A stretch of DNA of 63,823 bases, filler included, from Chiloscyllium plagiosum (GCF_004010195.1; 4 parts of one record of this genome joined end to end with filler, not necessarily neighbours in it), one strand, 5' to 3'. Positions 49,904 to 63,095 are shown, counted from the first letter of the whole stretch. A program made the numbers and translations. The notes: generated by a model not told the origin, from the letters alone.

Positions 49904-49958
49904 TAAGAAAAGGCAAGGTAAGGCAAGGCCAAGCAGAGATAATGTGAGTATTCAAGTA

Positions 49959-50177
49959 CAGTCAGTTCTGCTATAATGCAATAGTTCCATTCCTGTGTAA
50001 TCCCGTGTTATAAGAAAATCATGTAACAGCACCACCATTTAAACTAATGAGGCTGGAATCTCATTATAACCAGTACATGCTTTAAAAATTCACGCTACAG
50101 AAACATTGTTTCCAATTCGTCAATCGTGTTACAGTAAATTCTCATGAATGAAATTTGCGTTATAGCAGAACAATCTA
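49959..50177. mobile_element. Tc1/mariner (pogo/Tigger-like) MITE
   Basis: TA|CAGTCAGTTCTGCTATAATGCA ... TGCGTTATAGCAGAACAATCTA|TA: ~22-bp imperfect TIRs and a TA TSD. Confidence 0.75.
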
Positions 50178-51190
50178 TATGTGAGAAGTAAGTGCTATGA
50201 CAGTCACGCAAGCCACTGACACATGCTGTAGGTATGATATTGACGCAGCAACATGTCCACCACATTGATTGATCACTACTGGCAATGATAACAAGCTGCC
50301 TGGCTTTGTGTTCACACTAAAAGACAAGGCAAGACATATGTACTGTGAATCTGTAAATTCTGAATGAAGCAACAAAGCACAAAAAAAACAAGTCAAGGGA
50401 AGGCAGAAATGCTCTGAGCATTCAAATAGACATGAAGTGACGGAACACTAAGAAAGTAAGCAAAGACCCCTAAGAAGCACCCTGTTCTGATGCATTAAAT
50501 TTCATCTTGCACTGCATCCAGACTTTTGGAGTCCTCCACTACCTTTTCCTACTGCCTGCATCCTGACAGCAGCATTATCTTGAAAGATGCTAGAACATTC
50601 CAAAGTGAAGCGCTGAAGTGGAGAACTGTATTCTAAGTGGGATGGAGATATGCTGTAATGATCTGGTCAGGCTGGTCCACGTCTGATGCCAACTACCATG
50701 GATAGTGCGTGCAGTCAATTGTTGCTAAGATGTTGACGACTGCTGTATAAGATGGAGGAGTAAACAGCAATTTGTAACAGCCAGGTACCTGTTCAGAATT
50801 TCATGTCAGAAATTGTTTTGAAAACACATAGCAACAGAGTTTACATTGCAACATTCAGATGTTAAGTGACTGCTGTTTTGCCAGACTGCAAATTTAGACA
50901 TTTACCCTTAAATGTGTCGGTTCCAAGCTTCAAGCAAAATATCATGGTGTTGCTGAAATCCTTCAGGATGCTTGATATTGACCACAAGTCATATTTTCCA
51001 CAGGCCATCCAATACATGAACCATTTCATTGTGTGTAGCCATCGGTTTTCTTCTGCGTCTGGAACTATTGAAGTCCTCAGCTTATTTCCTGAAGTGGAAC
51101 CCGAATGCAATCCAGTACTTAAGTGAGCTGAAACCTGTGCTTTCACCTTCCTTCACCTTGGCTCCTGAATGCTGTGAAGTGTGGTTAAAA

Positions 51191-51835
51191 TACACACACA
51201 CACACTCCCACAATCATACACGCACCCGCCCACAGACTTATATCTCTTTACACTCACATTTACACACATACACCTACACACACTCTCTCACAGACATTTA
51301 TACCCCTGCATGCACACACATGCATACAACTTCGTGGGGTGAATTTGTACTTGCAGAATTACATTTTATTTTGCTCAAAAATCCATGCATAAATCCATGT
51401 AAGATTTTGTAAATCCATTTTTTAGATTAGAATCAGTCTGAACATTGGGGCACAGACAGTCTCATACAGGGCACCTCACACCTTCACTGCATTTTCTGGG
51501 CCAACAGGGCACCTATTGTTAAAGTTCATTTGAGAATATAACTGTAAAATGTTCTGGGATTTACATATGAAAGAACTGAAACCAACATGCCCATTCTTAA
51601 AAATGAGAGACTTAACAAACAATCCAGGTCTTTTTCAATATATAATTTCAGTTACATCACACTGTAAACTTTTGCTATAAATTTTGTGTCCTACAATATT
51701 CTATTCTATAACCAGCTGATGAAGGAGTAACATTCTGAAAGTTTGTGCTTCCAAATAAGCCTATTGGACTATAACCTGGTCTTGTGTGATTTTTAACTTT
51801 GTACACCTTAGTCCAATATTGGCACCTTCAAATCA
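51191..51835 (+). mobile_element. Penelope family A 3'UTR (CA-rich) + pLTR
   Basis: Reverse complement of the 16030-16330 and 14150-14540 sequences. Degenerate hammerhead at ~51716. Confidence 0.88.
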
Positions 51836-51879
51836 TTGGTAAGTGAATGATGGATTGGTAATGAATTAAACACTGAATG

Positions 51880-52500
51880 AGTCAAGATTAATGTGGTGCT
51901 GGAAGAACACAGCAGATCAGATAGCATCCAAGGAGCAGGAAAATCAATGTTTCAGGCAAAAGCCCTTCATCAGGAATGAGGCTAGGAGACTTGGGGGTGG
52001 AGAGATAAATGGGAAGTGGGTGGGGCTGGGGAGAAGGTAGCTGAGAGTGCAATAGGTGGATGGAGGTGGGGTAAAGGTGATAGGTCGGAGCAGAAGGTGG
52101 AGCAAACAAGTGGGAAGGAAGATTTACAGATAGGACAGGTCATGAGGATGGTGTTGAACTACAAGTTTGGAACTGGGGTAAGGGGGGGCGGTAGAGTGGT
52201 GCTGGAAAAGCACAGCAGGTCAGGCAGCATCTTAGAAGCAGGGAAATCAATGTTTCGGGTAAAAGCCCTTCATCAGGAATGAGGCTGGGTGCCTTGGGGG
52301 TGGAGATATAAATGGGAGGGGGGTGGGGCTGATGGGAAGGTAGCTGACAGGAAGTTGAAGAGCTTCAGGGCAGAGGAGATGACCTGGGGGGTTACAGTGA
52401 GAAAAAAACTCACTGAGATCCTTGTCGAGAGAGGAGGAGAACTTCTTCAAGTTAGGCATCCTTGGAAGAGGATTCAAGTAAGGTTAAAATCAACTTCCGC
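51880..52500 (-). mobile_element. Penelope family B tandem pLTRs, internally deleted element
   Basis: Two direct copies of UTR + hammerhead, with cores at 51946-51973 and 52249-52276. Confidence 0.85.
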
Positions 52501-53011
52501 CTAAACACCGAATGAACCTAATGTTACATTTGATGTGATATGAGAGAAGATGATGTGACAGCTATTGTGAGATAATTACATTGCATCTTACACTGCTTCT
52601 AGAGCCTTAGAGTTGGACTTCTGACATTGACATCCACTATTGTTTCCAAATGCCAAAAAGATAATAGTGGGAGGGGAGGGGGGCTGATGGGAAGGTAGCT
52701 GACAGGAAGTTGAAGAGCTTCAGGGCAGAGGAGATGACCTGGGGGGTTACAGTGAGAAAAAAACTCACTGAGATCCTTGTCGAGAGAGGAGGAGAACTTC
52801 TTCAAGTTAGGCATCCTTGGAAGAGGATTCAAGTAAGGTTAAAATCAACTTCCGCCTAAACACCGAATGAACCTAATGTTACATTTGATGTGATATGAGA
52901 GAAGATGATGTGACAGCTATTGTGAGATAATTACATTGCATCTTACACTGCTTCTAGAGCCTTAGAGTTGGACTTCTGACATTGACATCCACTATTGTTT
53001 CCAAATGCCAA
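52313..53011. repeat. ~344-bp near-identical tandem duplication (52313-52656 / 52668-53011)
   Basis: The copies appear identical except in the first G-rich ~15 bp. 11-bp spacer AAAGATAATAG. Confidence 0.93.
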
Positions 53012-55694
53012 GTGAGCATGTGGCCAAATCAGATATCGTCTTGAGGAAGCAGCATATATTTCTCATCCTTCATTTCCATTCCAAACTCCAGCGCAGCCCC
53101 TAAAAATGTTAGTGTGGTGTCCTTGCATGATTCGCCATTTTGATTCTCCATGCATTCAACAGAAAAATCTTAACACCATCAGCAGCCACAATGTAGCCCT
53201 CCATTAAGACTGCAGGCTACCTTAAAATAGTGTTGTGCAGTCTTTTTATTTGGGATGCATTGAGGTGTGAGGCTAACAGCATGAGAGGTGATGGTTGATG
53301 ATAGCAACTTTGAAATGAGCTGCACAATGTTAGTATCTTGTCTTGAGTGTAGCGAAGAGGCTTCTAATAATGCATTGTAATTCCTTTGTCTGTTCTTGAT
53401 GGTTAGGCAATTTATGATTTAATTTGTGAAGATTAGCGATCCACTTGAGAATTTTTCCTCAAGATATACTTCTCGCATCCAGAATTTTGAACCGCTTCTA
53501 TCATTGAACTCTCAGATTCTCTGGGATTAGTGACAGCTTAACTTTCCATGTCAGCATTTAAGACATTTGTTTTAACTCAAGGATCGACCACATGTTTACT
53601 CACACCATCTGATTCAAGAGACGCCAACAACCTAGATCACGGTTCAGGTTGTCAAAGGACAAAAAAAATTAAACTATAAATGAACTTGCAACAAATCCAA
53701 TTTCACTATGTAGCTCTGCACCTTGAATCATCAACATCTTGAGAGATAGAAAAATAGTAATCACTGTCATGTATGCTGGGCTTGGCACAGATGTAAAATT
53801 CCACTTTGATAATAGCATTAAATAACCAGTCCAAAGCATATTTCACAACACCTTTTATATTTCACTCCTTCTGACTAAATAATAATTGCAGAGAGTGTGA
53901 GTGAGTGACAGAATGTTGAGTTTCATGAGGAGTCAAAGTTTACTGGGTGAATGGTAGCTGCAGGTGAGTATTAAGAGAATGAAGGAGTATGAGTTTGAGT
54001 ATTCTGTTATGGTGTATGAAAAGATGCTGATGTGATGGGCTTAGAGAAAATATTTGTTTGTTGCCTGGTTTGTTGCCTTTTAACTGCTGGAAAATCAAAC
54101 TCTGGGAAGCCAAATCTCTGTAGTTGAACAATAAAATTCCTATTACAACAGAGACCTGTAAATTGCACAATTTGACCTAAGCCCTCCTAACCCCTCACTG
54201 ACTCACCATCATTAAAGCCAGAAGTGGACAAGTGGAGTTGAGTTGGGATCAAGTTTTGGATTAAAAACAATTTCTTTCTGCTGCCCCAAGGCCCTAATTT
54301 GCTTGTCCTCAAGAATAAAGTTACTTGGTGTATCTTTATTGCTGTTATTGAAGCCTACATCTAGTAATTCTCAGTGGATTTTGATGACTTCCACCCTTTT
54401 CCATTTTTGTGGTGAACAGAGGAAAACTAAAGGAAACATTTGATATTGTTGAAAAGCAACAAATTGTTTTATGTTAGACTCCTTGGTCTGCAGATGTCTC
54501 AAGAGGCCTCGAAGATTCTTAGCTTAAACGTTGTCTGACATTTTATTTTGGCTGTGCTGCTGGAGCAGTTTCAGAAGATTTACTGAGCGTTTACTCCATC
54601 AGAGCATCCATTGCATTTGTCATTGGCCCTCTTGGGAGGCATTGGCATTAAGACTTTGTAGTGAAGCCATGTCAAGTTCCAGCACTCTGGGCCATTTTTT
54701 TTTTATCTATGTACAAGCATCAAGGACAGAGTGGTGTGATCTAATTGATAGTTTCTTGGGTACCTTTAACAGAAAAAAGGTTATTCATGTGAGATGATTG
54801 TGTGATAGCTTGGGCCCTTTGTCTAAATTTGTCAGATTGACAAGCAGCACACAAATGAACATGGCTGAATCAACAGGATTGGAAACCATTGAGCGTTTCT
54901 GGTGAGGGAACATTTTGGTGGGGTGGGGAGACAGTGTCCAGATTTTTTTCAATGTGATTTCGGGAAAGTACACTGCTCTTCACAATCTCACATTTATGTC
55001 AATGTAGGCCATTTCAGAAGTTTAATGTCATGTTGCACTGCTTGAGGTTTGCACATAGTGAGTGAAACGAAGTGCAGACAGGACCCTGATGTTGTTGGGG
55101 AGAACTGTACACAAATAAACTATTTATATAATATTGAGTTAAGGGGGAGTGACTGAGCAAAATTGCCAGTTTTTAAGATGAGTGTGGAGAGGGTGAAGAA
55201 GTGACAGGCAAAATTAAAGATAGAAAAGAGTCAACATGTCAAAATATATCTGCAAAAAGACATTAAATAATGAAGGTCATCTTGCGAAAATGAGCAAAAT
55301 TTAATATATTTTTCCAAAAGGTTTATTTAGTTTTACTTTAGTTGGTTTGAAGTAACTTCAGTGTGCTCAGCATCTGACTCCCTATTTCAAGGCTGTTACA
55401 GTAAGGTTGGTCCTCCATGCAATGGCTGTAAGTAGTATTCCCTCTTATTTGCATTAATTCTGTGCCTGGAAGGAGGTGTTTGCAGTATAGAGTTCCCAGG
55501 TAACCAGGGATCAGCCTGACTTTCTGTACCAACTCTATGTTGTAAAGTCATGGCAGGATTCTATTCCCAATGACATAGTTCTGCTTTTTGGTGATTCATT
55601 ATTCTAGGCCATGTGAAGATAGTGATTTGTACACACTAATTATAAGTGTGGTATTCCTGCATAGGAGATCAGTAAAAATTTGGCAGGTATGGAC

Positions 55695-56668
55695 TCATAG
55701 ATTCAAACAGATGTACAGCAAGGAAAAAGACCCTTCGGTCCAACTCGTCCATGCCGACTAGATATCCCAAACTAATCTAGTCCCACTTGCCAGCACCAGC
55801 ACCATATTCTTCTAAACCCTTCCTATTCATATACCCATCCAGATGCCTTTTAAGTGTTGCAAGTGCCTCTACCACTTCCTTTGGCAGCAAATTTCATACA
55901 CGCATCACTGTCTACGTGAAAAAGTTGCCCCTTAGGTCTCTTTTATATCGTTCCCCTTTCACCCTAGACCTATGCTTTCTAGTTCTGGACTCTCTCAGCC
56001 CAGAGAAAAAAAAACTTTGTCTATTTGTCCTATCCATGCCCTTAATGAATTTATAAACCTCTATGAGGTCACCCCTCAACGTCCAACGCTCCAGGGAAAA
56101 CAACCCCATCCTATTCAGCACCTCCCTATAGTTCAAGTCCTCCAACCATGGTAACATCCTTGTAAATCTTTTCTGAACACTTTCAAGCTTAACAACATCC
56201 TTCTGATAGGAAGGAGACCAGAATTGCACGCAATATTCCAAAAGTGGTTTAACCATTGTCCTGTACAACCCCAACATGACCTCCCAACTCTTATACTCAG
56301 TGCTCTGACAAATAAAGGGAAGCATACCAAATGCCTTCTTCACTATTCTATCTAGCTGGGACTCTACTTTCAAGAAACTATGAACCTGCACTCCAGGGTT
56401 TCTTTGTTCAGCAGCACTCCCTAGGACCTTACCATTAATTGTGTAAGTCCTGCTAAGACTTGCTTTCCCAAAATGCAACACCTTGCATTTATCTAAATTA
56501 AACTCCATCTGCTTCAGTCCATTAGCCCATCTGATCACAATCCTGTTGTCATCCAAGGTAACCTTCTTCGCTGTCCACTATACCTCCAATTTTGGTGTCA
56601 TCTGCAAACTTCCTAACTATATCACCTATATGCACATTCAAATCATTTATATAAATGATGAAAAATAG
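55695..56668 (-). mobile_element. HER1-type CR1 3' ~1 kb
   Basis: ORF 55912..56556: QMEFNLDKCKVLHFG..LLEYCVQFWSP..LRGDLIEVYK..LRGNFFT. Confidence 0.95.
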
Positions 56669-58087
56669 TATGAACCGGTTTTACTACTAAACTACCATGT
56701 AGGCATATTATTTCAGACAATGTCACTGAAAGCCTGTTATACTCTGATTAGGTGAAGATAATGGATACTAATATTGGAGTTGATCAAACATCTCAGTGTT
56801 ACCGTCAGGTATATTCATTTGGGAATAAAAAACGCTGCATACATTGGCCAAAGCAAAGTCTGGCCATCATCTTCTGCCAAATATGTACGATAATAGCAGC
56901 CTATTGAGGTGAATAATGTTGCTCAATAGAAACTATAACAAAGGCTCACGAGAAACTAAACACTAATTGTAAGAAATAAAAGTCTGAGCATGGTTGCCTC
57001 AAAGCTGTTGAATGCTTCATTTTACTAAAGCCATTATACCTAATCCTAGGTATAATTTACCACCTAATGATCAGACAGCCTGTTTTATACATACATCATG
57101 GGATTTTCACCTGGCACTGACCAAAAGAAGCTGACTGGAAAATAATTTCTGCATGATTACATCACCAAAAAAAAGCTCGTTACTGTTACCAGATATGCTG
57201 CCAAGGATGAAAAGAGGTCACTGCCCTTTTCTTCATATGATTACTTGCTATGAACAGGTACACACAGGGCATTAATGTCCCCAAAATCAATCCGAAAGTG
57301 ACAGAGACACTCAAAAAATAACTCAAACAAATCAATAGCCCAATAAGTGCTAACTAGTTTAGACTACTTGCTAGACAGGAAGATGGAAAATAAAATGTTT
57401 GAAATTGGAAGAAGAGAATAAAGGGAAGACAGTTTCTCGGTTGAAATGACAGAAAAGGAGATACTTCTAGCCATTTTAGCATTTAAGAAACATACTTTCA
57501 TTAAAATAAAAATAAATTGTGAAAATAATGTTACTAAAATGAGCAGAATTTAATATCTTCTCTAAGTGGTTCATTTAGCTTTATTTTGATTGGTTTGAAA
57601 TATTGTTTAAATAGCAGAGGCTATGCAGTGACACTGGTCCATGCAATCAGTGTGGAACCTTGCTTTTGGTACTGGGAAGTTTATTAAATCAACATCTCAT
57701 TTACAGACAGTCTGGTTTGCTTCAGGGCAGTTTAGGTGAATAGGGGAAGGAGGCTGGACTATCAAGTCTCCCTCCAATGAAAGAAATATTCAGATTAGAA
57801 TCCACTACTTGGTCAAATGATTGCTCAAGATGCACACTGTCCAATTATTATAGTTTTTAATGTATTTACATCACTGTAAATGTATTTGTTGTTCAACCAA
57901 ATGGCCACATAAAATATCAATTGTTGATTCCATTTCTGGTCAATTTCTCTTTGAATACCAAAATGGACAAGTAGTCAATTGAGGGCGCAAGTGAGAAATT
58001 TGGCTCTCTGCCAGTAAGCTTTATTTAAGGCAAAGCATTATTATTTAAGCAATTTATGCAGGAAATAAAGTATAGCAGTGATGTGCA

Positions 58088-58384
58088 TTAGAATCCCTAC
58101 AGTGCGAAAACAGGCCATTCGGCCCAACAAGTCCACAATGACCCTCTGCAGAATATCCCACCCAGACCCATTCCCCTACATTTACCCCTGACTGATGCAC
58201 CTAACCTGCACATCCCTGAACACTATGGGCAATTTAGTAGGACCAATTCACCTAAAGTGCACATCTTTGGATCGTGGGAGAAAACCAGAGCACCCGAAGG
58301 AAACCCATGCAGACACAGGGAGAATCGAACCCATGTCCCTGGTGCTGTGAGGCAGCAGTGCGAATCAGTGAGCCACCATGCCAC
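58088..58384 (-). mobile_element. HE1-type V-SINE
   Basis: Head, partial V-domain and tail. Confidence 0.9.
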
Positions 58385-58934
58385 TCTGTGTTATGTTTCA
58401 ATTACTTAGTGTGTGTTTTAACATTGACTACGTGAACCTCTTGATTATCCAGAATATTTGATAAATCAGCGCTCTCCTGATCCCATTGATGCAGGATAAG
58501 AAAAAGCTAACTGTACCACAAAGTATAGATCGTAATGATATGTGAATTACACTGCACAATTTAAATTTGTAGTAAATGTGATTAGAAGAATATCAGATGC
58601 AATATCACCTTAAAGGATAAATGGACATCGCTTAGTGTACCCAGATTTTAATTTAATTTATCAAACTTGGGAATTTCTGAGGAAACTTCTACATTGTGAG
58701 TGAGTGAGAGAGTGAGTGACTGGTGGTTATTGCTGGCTAGCCTCCAACTTCTTCAGTAAAGAGGTTACTTGCCCTTCCTGTTTTGAAATCTGGTAAGTCA
58801 GATGTCAGTTTTGAGTTGGGAAATTAGGAGAATATTCATGGAATTTAACAGGGATGGAGTTTTTATTTATGTCTTGCAATAAACTTAATAGAAATGTCGA
58901 ACTTGCGAATGTATGTTGCACAGAATTGCAATTG

Positions 58935-59667
58935 CCACACGAATGTCAGATAATGACAATGACAACCTCCAATGACAGAAACTAGCCATTGTCTCTTGGC
59001 ATTACCATCACATAATCCCCCACTAACGTCATCCCATTTGTTGTCATTGATCAAAAACTGAACTGGTTCGGCCATATATTACAGTGACTACAAGAGCAGG
59101 TCAGGGGCTAACATTCTTGCAAGGAATAACTCACCTGCTGACTGTGCCAACTATAAGACACAAGTCAGGAGTGTGATTCAATACTGCTGACTTTCCTGGG
59201 TGACTGGAGCTGAAACATCACTCAAGAGGTTTAAAACAATCCAGGACAAAATAGTCTGCTTTATTGTCACAACATCTACATCCACATCCACTCCTTCCAC
59301 CACTGATGCTCAGTAGCAGCAGTATGTACCACCTACATTCTTGCAGATATTCTCCAAGACTCTTTTGATAGCACATTCCCAATCAATGACAACTTCCAAT
59401 AGGAAGTATAAAGGCTGAAGATACATGGGAAACCTGCAAGATCCCCTCCAAGTTGCACACCTATTCTGAATTAGAAATATATTGCTATTCCTTCAGTGTC
59501 ACTGGGTCAGAATCCTGGAACTTATCCCCAAATGACAATGTTGTTTATCTGCAGTAAATGAACTGCACCGGTTCAAGAAGGCCACCACCGTCTCAAAACA
59601 ACTAAGGACGGGCAATATATACTGACTCAATCATCATAGCCTACATCCCATGAATGCATAAAAAAAT
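58935..59667 (+). mobile_element. L2/Crack-like (CR1 group) LINE 3' fragment, decayed
   Basis: VIDQKLNWFGH..TRAGQGL..YKTQVRSVIQY..TSLKRFKTIQDK. Tail CATCCCATGAATGCATAAAAAAA. Confidence 0.7.
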
Positions 59668-61803
59668 TAATCTGTCCTTCATGTTAATGATAATTGGAGC
59701 AAATAGATCAAACTGATCTTTTACTCAATTTTTCAGATCCTGACCTTTTATAATAAGGGCATTATTGACTCAATATTTGTTGATAAATTAATTGTAATTC
59801 CAATTTTGAAAGCATTAAGCAAACAAATTTTATTTATCTTGATGACAAGTTTCAATAGTTTAACTAAACCTCTGTAACTGATGACAGTACTTGTTGAAGA
59901 TAAACTAATCCCTGATATAAAAATGATTAAAATATTTGCCTCTTTCTAATAATCCACATCTGGAAATTTATTATAATGATGTCTGTTTGATAGTCTTGGG
60001 GCTCTCAAACCCAAGTTAACAAAACAAATTCATGAAGTTAATAGCTAGAATTTTGTTTCTCACTGTGTTATTTTGGGTTTCTCTGGTTGTCTTTGACAAA
60101 ATGCTGTCAGCTCTTCTGGAACAACGGTAGTCGCAGTGTGAAGATAATTCCATGTGAGTTCTAGAATCTGACCCATGGATAATGATTATTTTGCTATATA
60201 TCAAATAAAGTATGAGGGAGGGTTAATTAATTGAGTGGCAGGAATCAGGGGAAAAGGGATGGAGAGTGGATTTAAGTAGTGAAGAGAGCAAGAAGCATTT
60301 GGGGGGAAATTGTGAGGGGATTAAGCAGCTATTTTGGCGGAGGGGTGGGAGGAAGATTTTCAGATGCACAACAATGACATGATCATTTGGGGAAACCATG
60401 CATTCGTCAATGACCTCATTGACTGCCAACACCCCAATTTCCTTTTCCTGTTCAGCAGTTACCAAGTTACAGTATTAAGGAAATTATGAAAAGATGGTAA
60501 AGATTAACTGATGCAGTTATCCTGAATTAAACAGGAATAAGAAACATTAATAACAGATTGATGGGATATTGCAACAAATCTTGGAAGAGATAAATTTATT
60601 TTTAAGTTTTATGTATGATCATGACTTGATGCCCTTTTTTATAATGGTTAATAGTTAGATAGTTAGAGCTATTTATTTTTAAATGCAGACTTATTTAACA
60701 AGTCTGAATATTTTAAAGTCTACACTAGGCCATCCCCTCCTCTTATGGGCAATTAGATTCTCTATGTGTGGACATAAGGAAGTAACACAATTGTCCATGA
60801 CGTCAGGCGGATGAATTTTGAGAAATTTGAGAGCAAAGCAGTTGTTAAAAAGAGTTAAAACTGTTTGGTTTTAATTTATTTCCACAGAATTATATCTCTA
60901 TTGTACTAAGTAGGTTGCCCAGAATAGGTGGCAGATGCTTCTTGAATTGACACACTTCTTGTGACATTGGGTGCCAAAATACCTACCCAGGAACTAAAAC
61001 TCATAGATAATTAACTGGGTGACCTTTCAGAGAAAACAAATGAGAATATGTATTTTTTTGAAGGGAAGAAATTTACATTTTCAAGCAATTGTCTGCAGTA
61101 TTCCAGTGACTCAACCAACATATAAACTTGGCAGGAAAGAGGTGTAGTGATCTTCATATGATGATGAGCTGTCTTCATCAATGCCAAAGAATGGATTATA
61201 TTAATTGGGTTACGTCTTGTTTTAATATTTCTCCTCCAGTTCTGAATGTACAATTATTCTTTCCCTTTGAAGCTGGCTGTGATGGTTGATTTCTGTGCAC
61301 ATTTGAGATGAAGGAATCAGCGTTCATTGTACATGGCAGATTTTTCAAATTATTGCTTTTATTGTTATCTTTGCAGATGCTGGGACCAGAATACCATGGA
61401 AATGATTAGCTAACTGTCATTAACCTTAACATATCTGAAATCTTAATCATTGACAAAGCCATTTCTGATCATCTATTTGTCTTTTATTTCATCCTCATTT
61501 CCCTGTCTGATAGCAATCAATCTGTCTTTATTCCAGTCTTTGAGAAAACAATTACCAAAGTTCTTTCCCATCTGCACCCAACTGTCAACCCATTCCTCTG
61601 GTCTACCTTTTCCCTGGTCATCATCTTTTCTGTTAGTTTTCTGAACAGTTATCTGAGTTCTCTTTTCAATGTCTGTACCCCTTACAGATCTCTCAATGGC
61701 TTCCTTTCTCTTGTATAATCAGCATGTTCAAAAGATAAAATTCACAAAGCAATCTACAGGACATGTTATCTATGCTAAGACCTATCACCAGATTTGACCT
61801 TGA

Positions 61804-62104
61804 CTCATGGAGTCCATACTGTGCAGATAGAGGCTATTCAGCCCATCAAGACTATAGTGACTCTCCAAGGAGCATCCAACCCAGACCTACCCCAGCGATA
61901 CTCACAGCCCACATTTAACATGGCCAATCCACCTAACAGGTACATCTTTGGCCTATAGGAGGAAGCCAGAGTACTCAGCAGAAACACACACAGACACAGG
62001 GAGAACTTGTAAACTCCACACAGACAGTCACCCAACGTTAGAGTCAAACCTGGGCCCCTGGCATGTGAGGCAGCAGTGCTAACCACTGTGCCACTCTGCC
62101 ACCC
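61804..62104 (-). mobile_element. HE1-type V-SINE, older
   Basis: Diverged head, V-domain and tail. Confidence 0.88.
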
Positions 62105-62567
62105 AACTCCGAATGGAAAATGGGTGGCAGAATAGAAAGGCTCACTGAAGGAATACTGTATTTCACCCTCCCTTTGTCCGGCCAAATCCTCAATACTGCA
62201 GAATGTGCTGGACATTTAGCATTCCTTCAGTATGTCTCAGTCCTACTTTTATGCATATCTATGGGCTGCAGATGACACTACCAAGTATCAATTGCTCATG
62301 AATGTACTTGTAGATAAAACTGAAGCCGTAATCTTAACAGCTCTGATCTCTCCAGCCACATCAACTTTTCCATCCTCTAATTATTTTTAAATGTTTCAAC
62401 CTCCATCAAGCAGAGTTCAGAACTTTTTCAATTATCTTCTCAGTCATCATTTGAATAATCACCCCCATAGACAAACAGCTGCTCACTTCGGCCCTATCCG
62501 AAAAATAATTCTTGACTAATCTCCATGGTCAACTGTCATCTAACATCATCAATTGTCCACTTTTCTC

Positions 62568-62764
62568 CTGATTTGGAGATGCCGGTGTTGGACAGGGGTG
62601 TACAAAGTTAAAAATCACACAAAACCAGGTTATAATCCAACAGGTTTAATTGGAAGCACACTAGCTCTAACTCTATCATCTGATGAAGGAGTAGCGCTCC
62701 GAAAGCTAGTGTGCTTCCAATTAAACCTGTTGGACTATAACTTGGCGTTGTGTTATTTTTAATT
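62568..62764. mobile_element. Penelope family A fold-back pLTR insertion
   Basis: Exact TSD TTGTCCACTTTTCTC at 62553-62567 and 62765-62779. Inverted arms centred at ~62670. Confidence 0.92.
62677..62711 (+). ncRNA. Minimal type I hammerhead ribozyme motif (family A, best-preserved copy)
   Basis: CAU-CUGAUGA-A-GGAGU AGC GCUCC-GAAA-GC-UA-GUG. Stem I is CAU/GUG, stem II is 5 bp and AGCU is palindromic. Predicted cleavage after 62708. Confidence 0.75.
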
Positions 62765-63004
62765 TTGTCCACTTTTCTCTAACCTCCTTCAAACATATTC
62801 ATCATTGACACATAACACCCACTGCCACCACTTGAAGCAATTCATCCAACCTAATAACCAAGCATTCTATATCCTTGATATTGAAAGCATATTGTGCCAA
62901 ATGTTTCATTGTTTTGGGTTTTGCATGGCTTTCAAGCTGATAAATTAATTAACTCTTGCATAGCTCCTCCCGGCTCCATATTCGGGTAAATCAGAAAAAA
63001 AAAG

Positions 63005-63095
63005 CTTCAAGCAGTTTTTAGCAACCTCCAATGGTCCTTTTACAGACAACTGCTAAAAAAAAACTTTTACAGAGGCTGCTAAAAACTGCTTGAAG
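63005..63095. repeat. 24-bp inverted repeat with a 43-nt spacer
   Basis: CTTCAAGCAGTTTTTAGCAACCTC / GAGGCTGCTAAAAACTGCTTGAAG, one mismatch. Confidence 0.85.

Noticed and set aside
58428..58515. Possible tiny Tigger-like MITE
   Set aside because: The terminal repeats are too degenerate to support.
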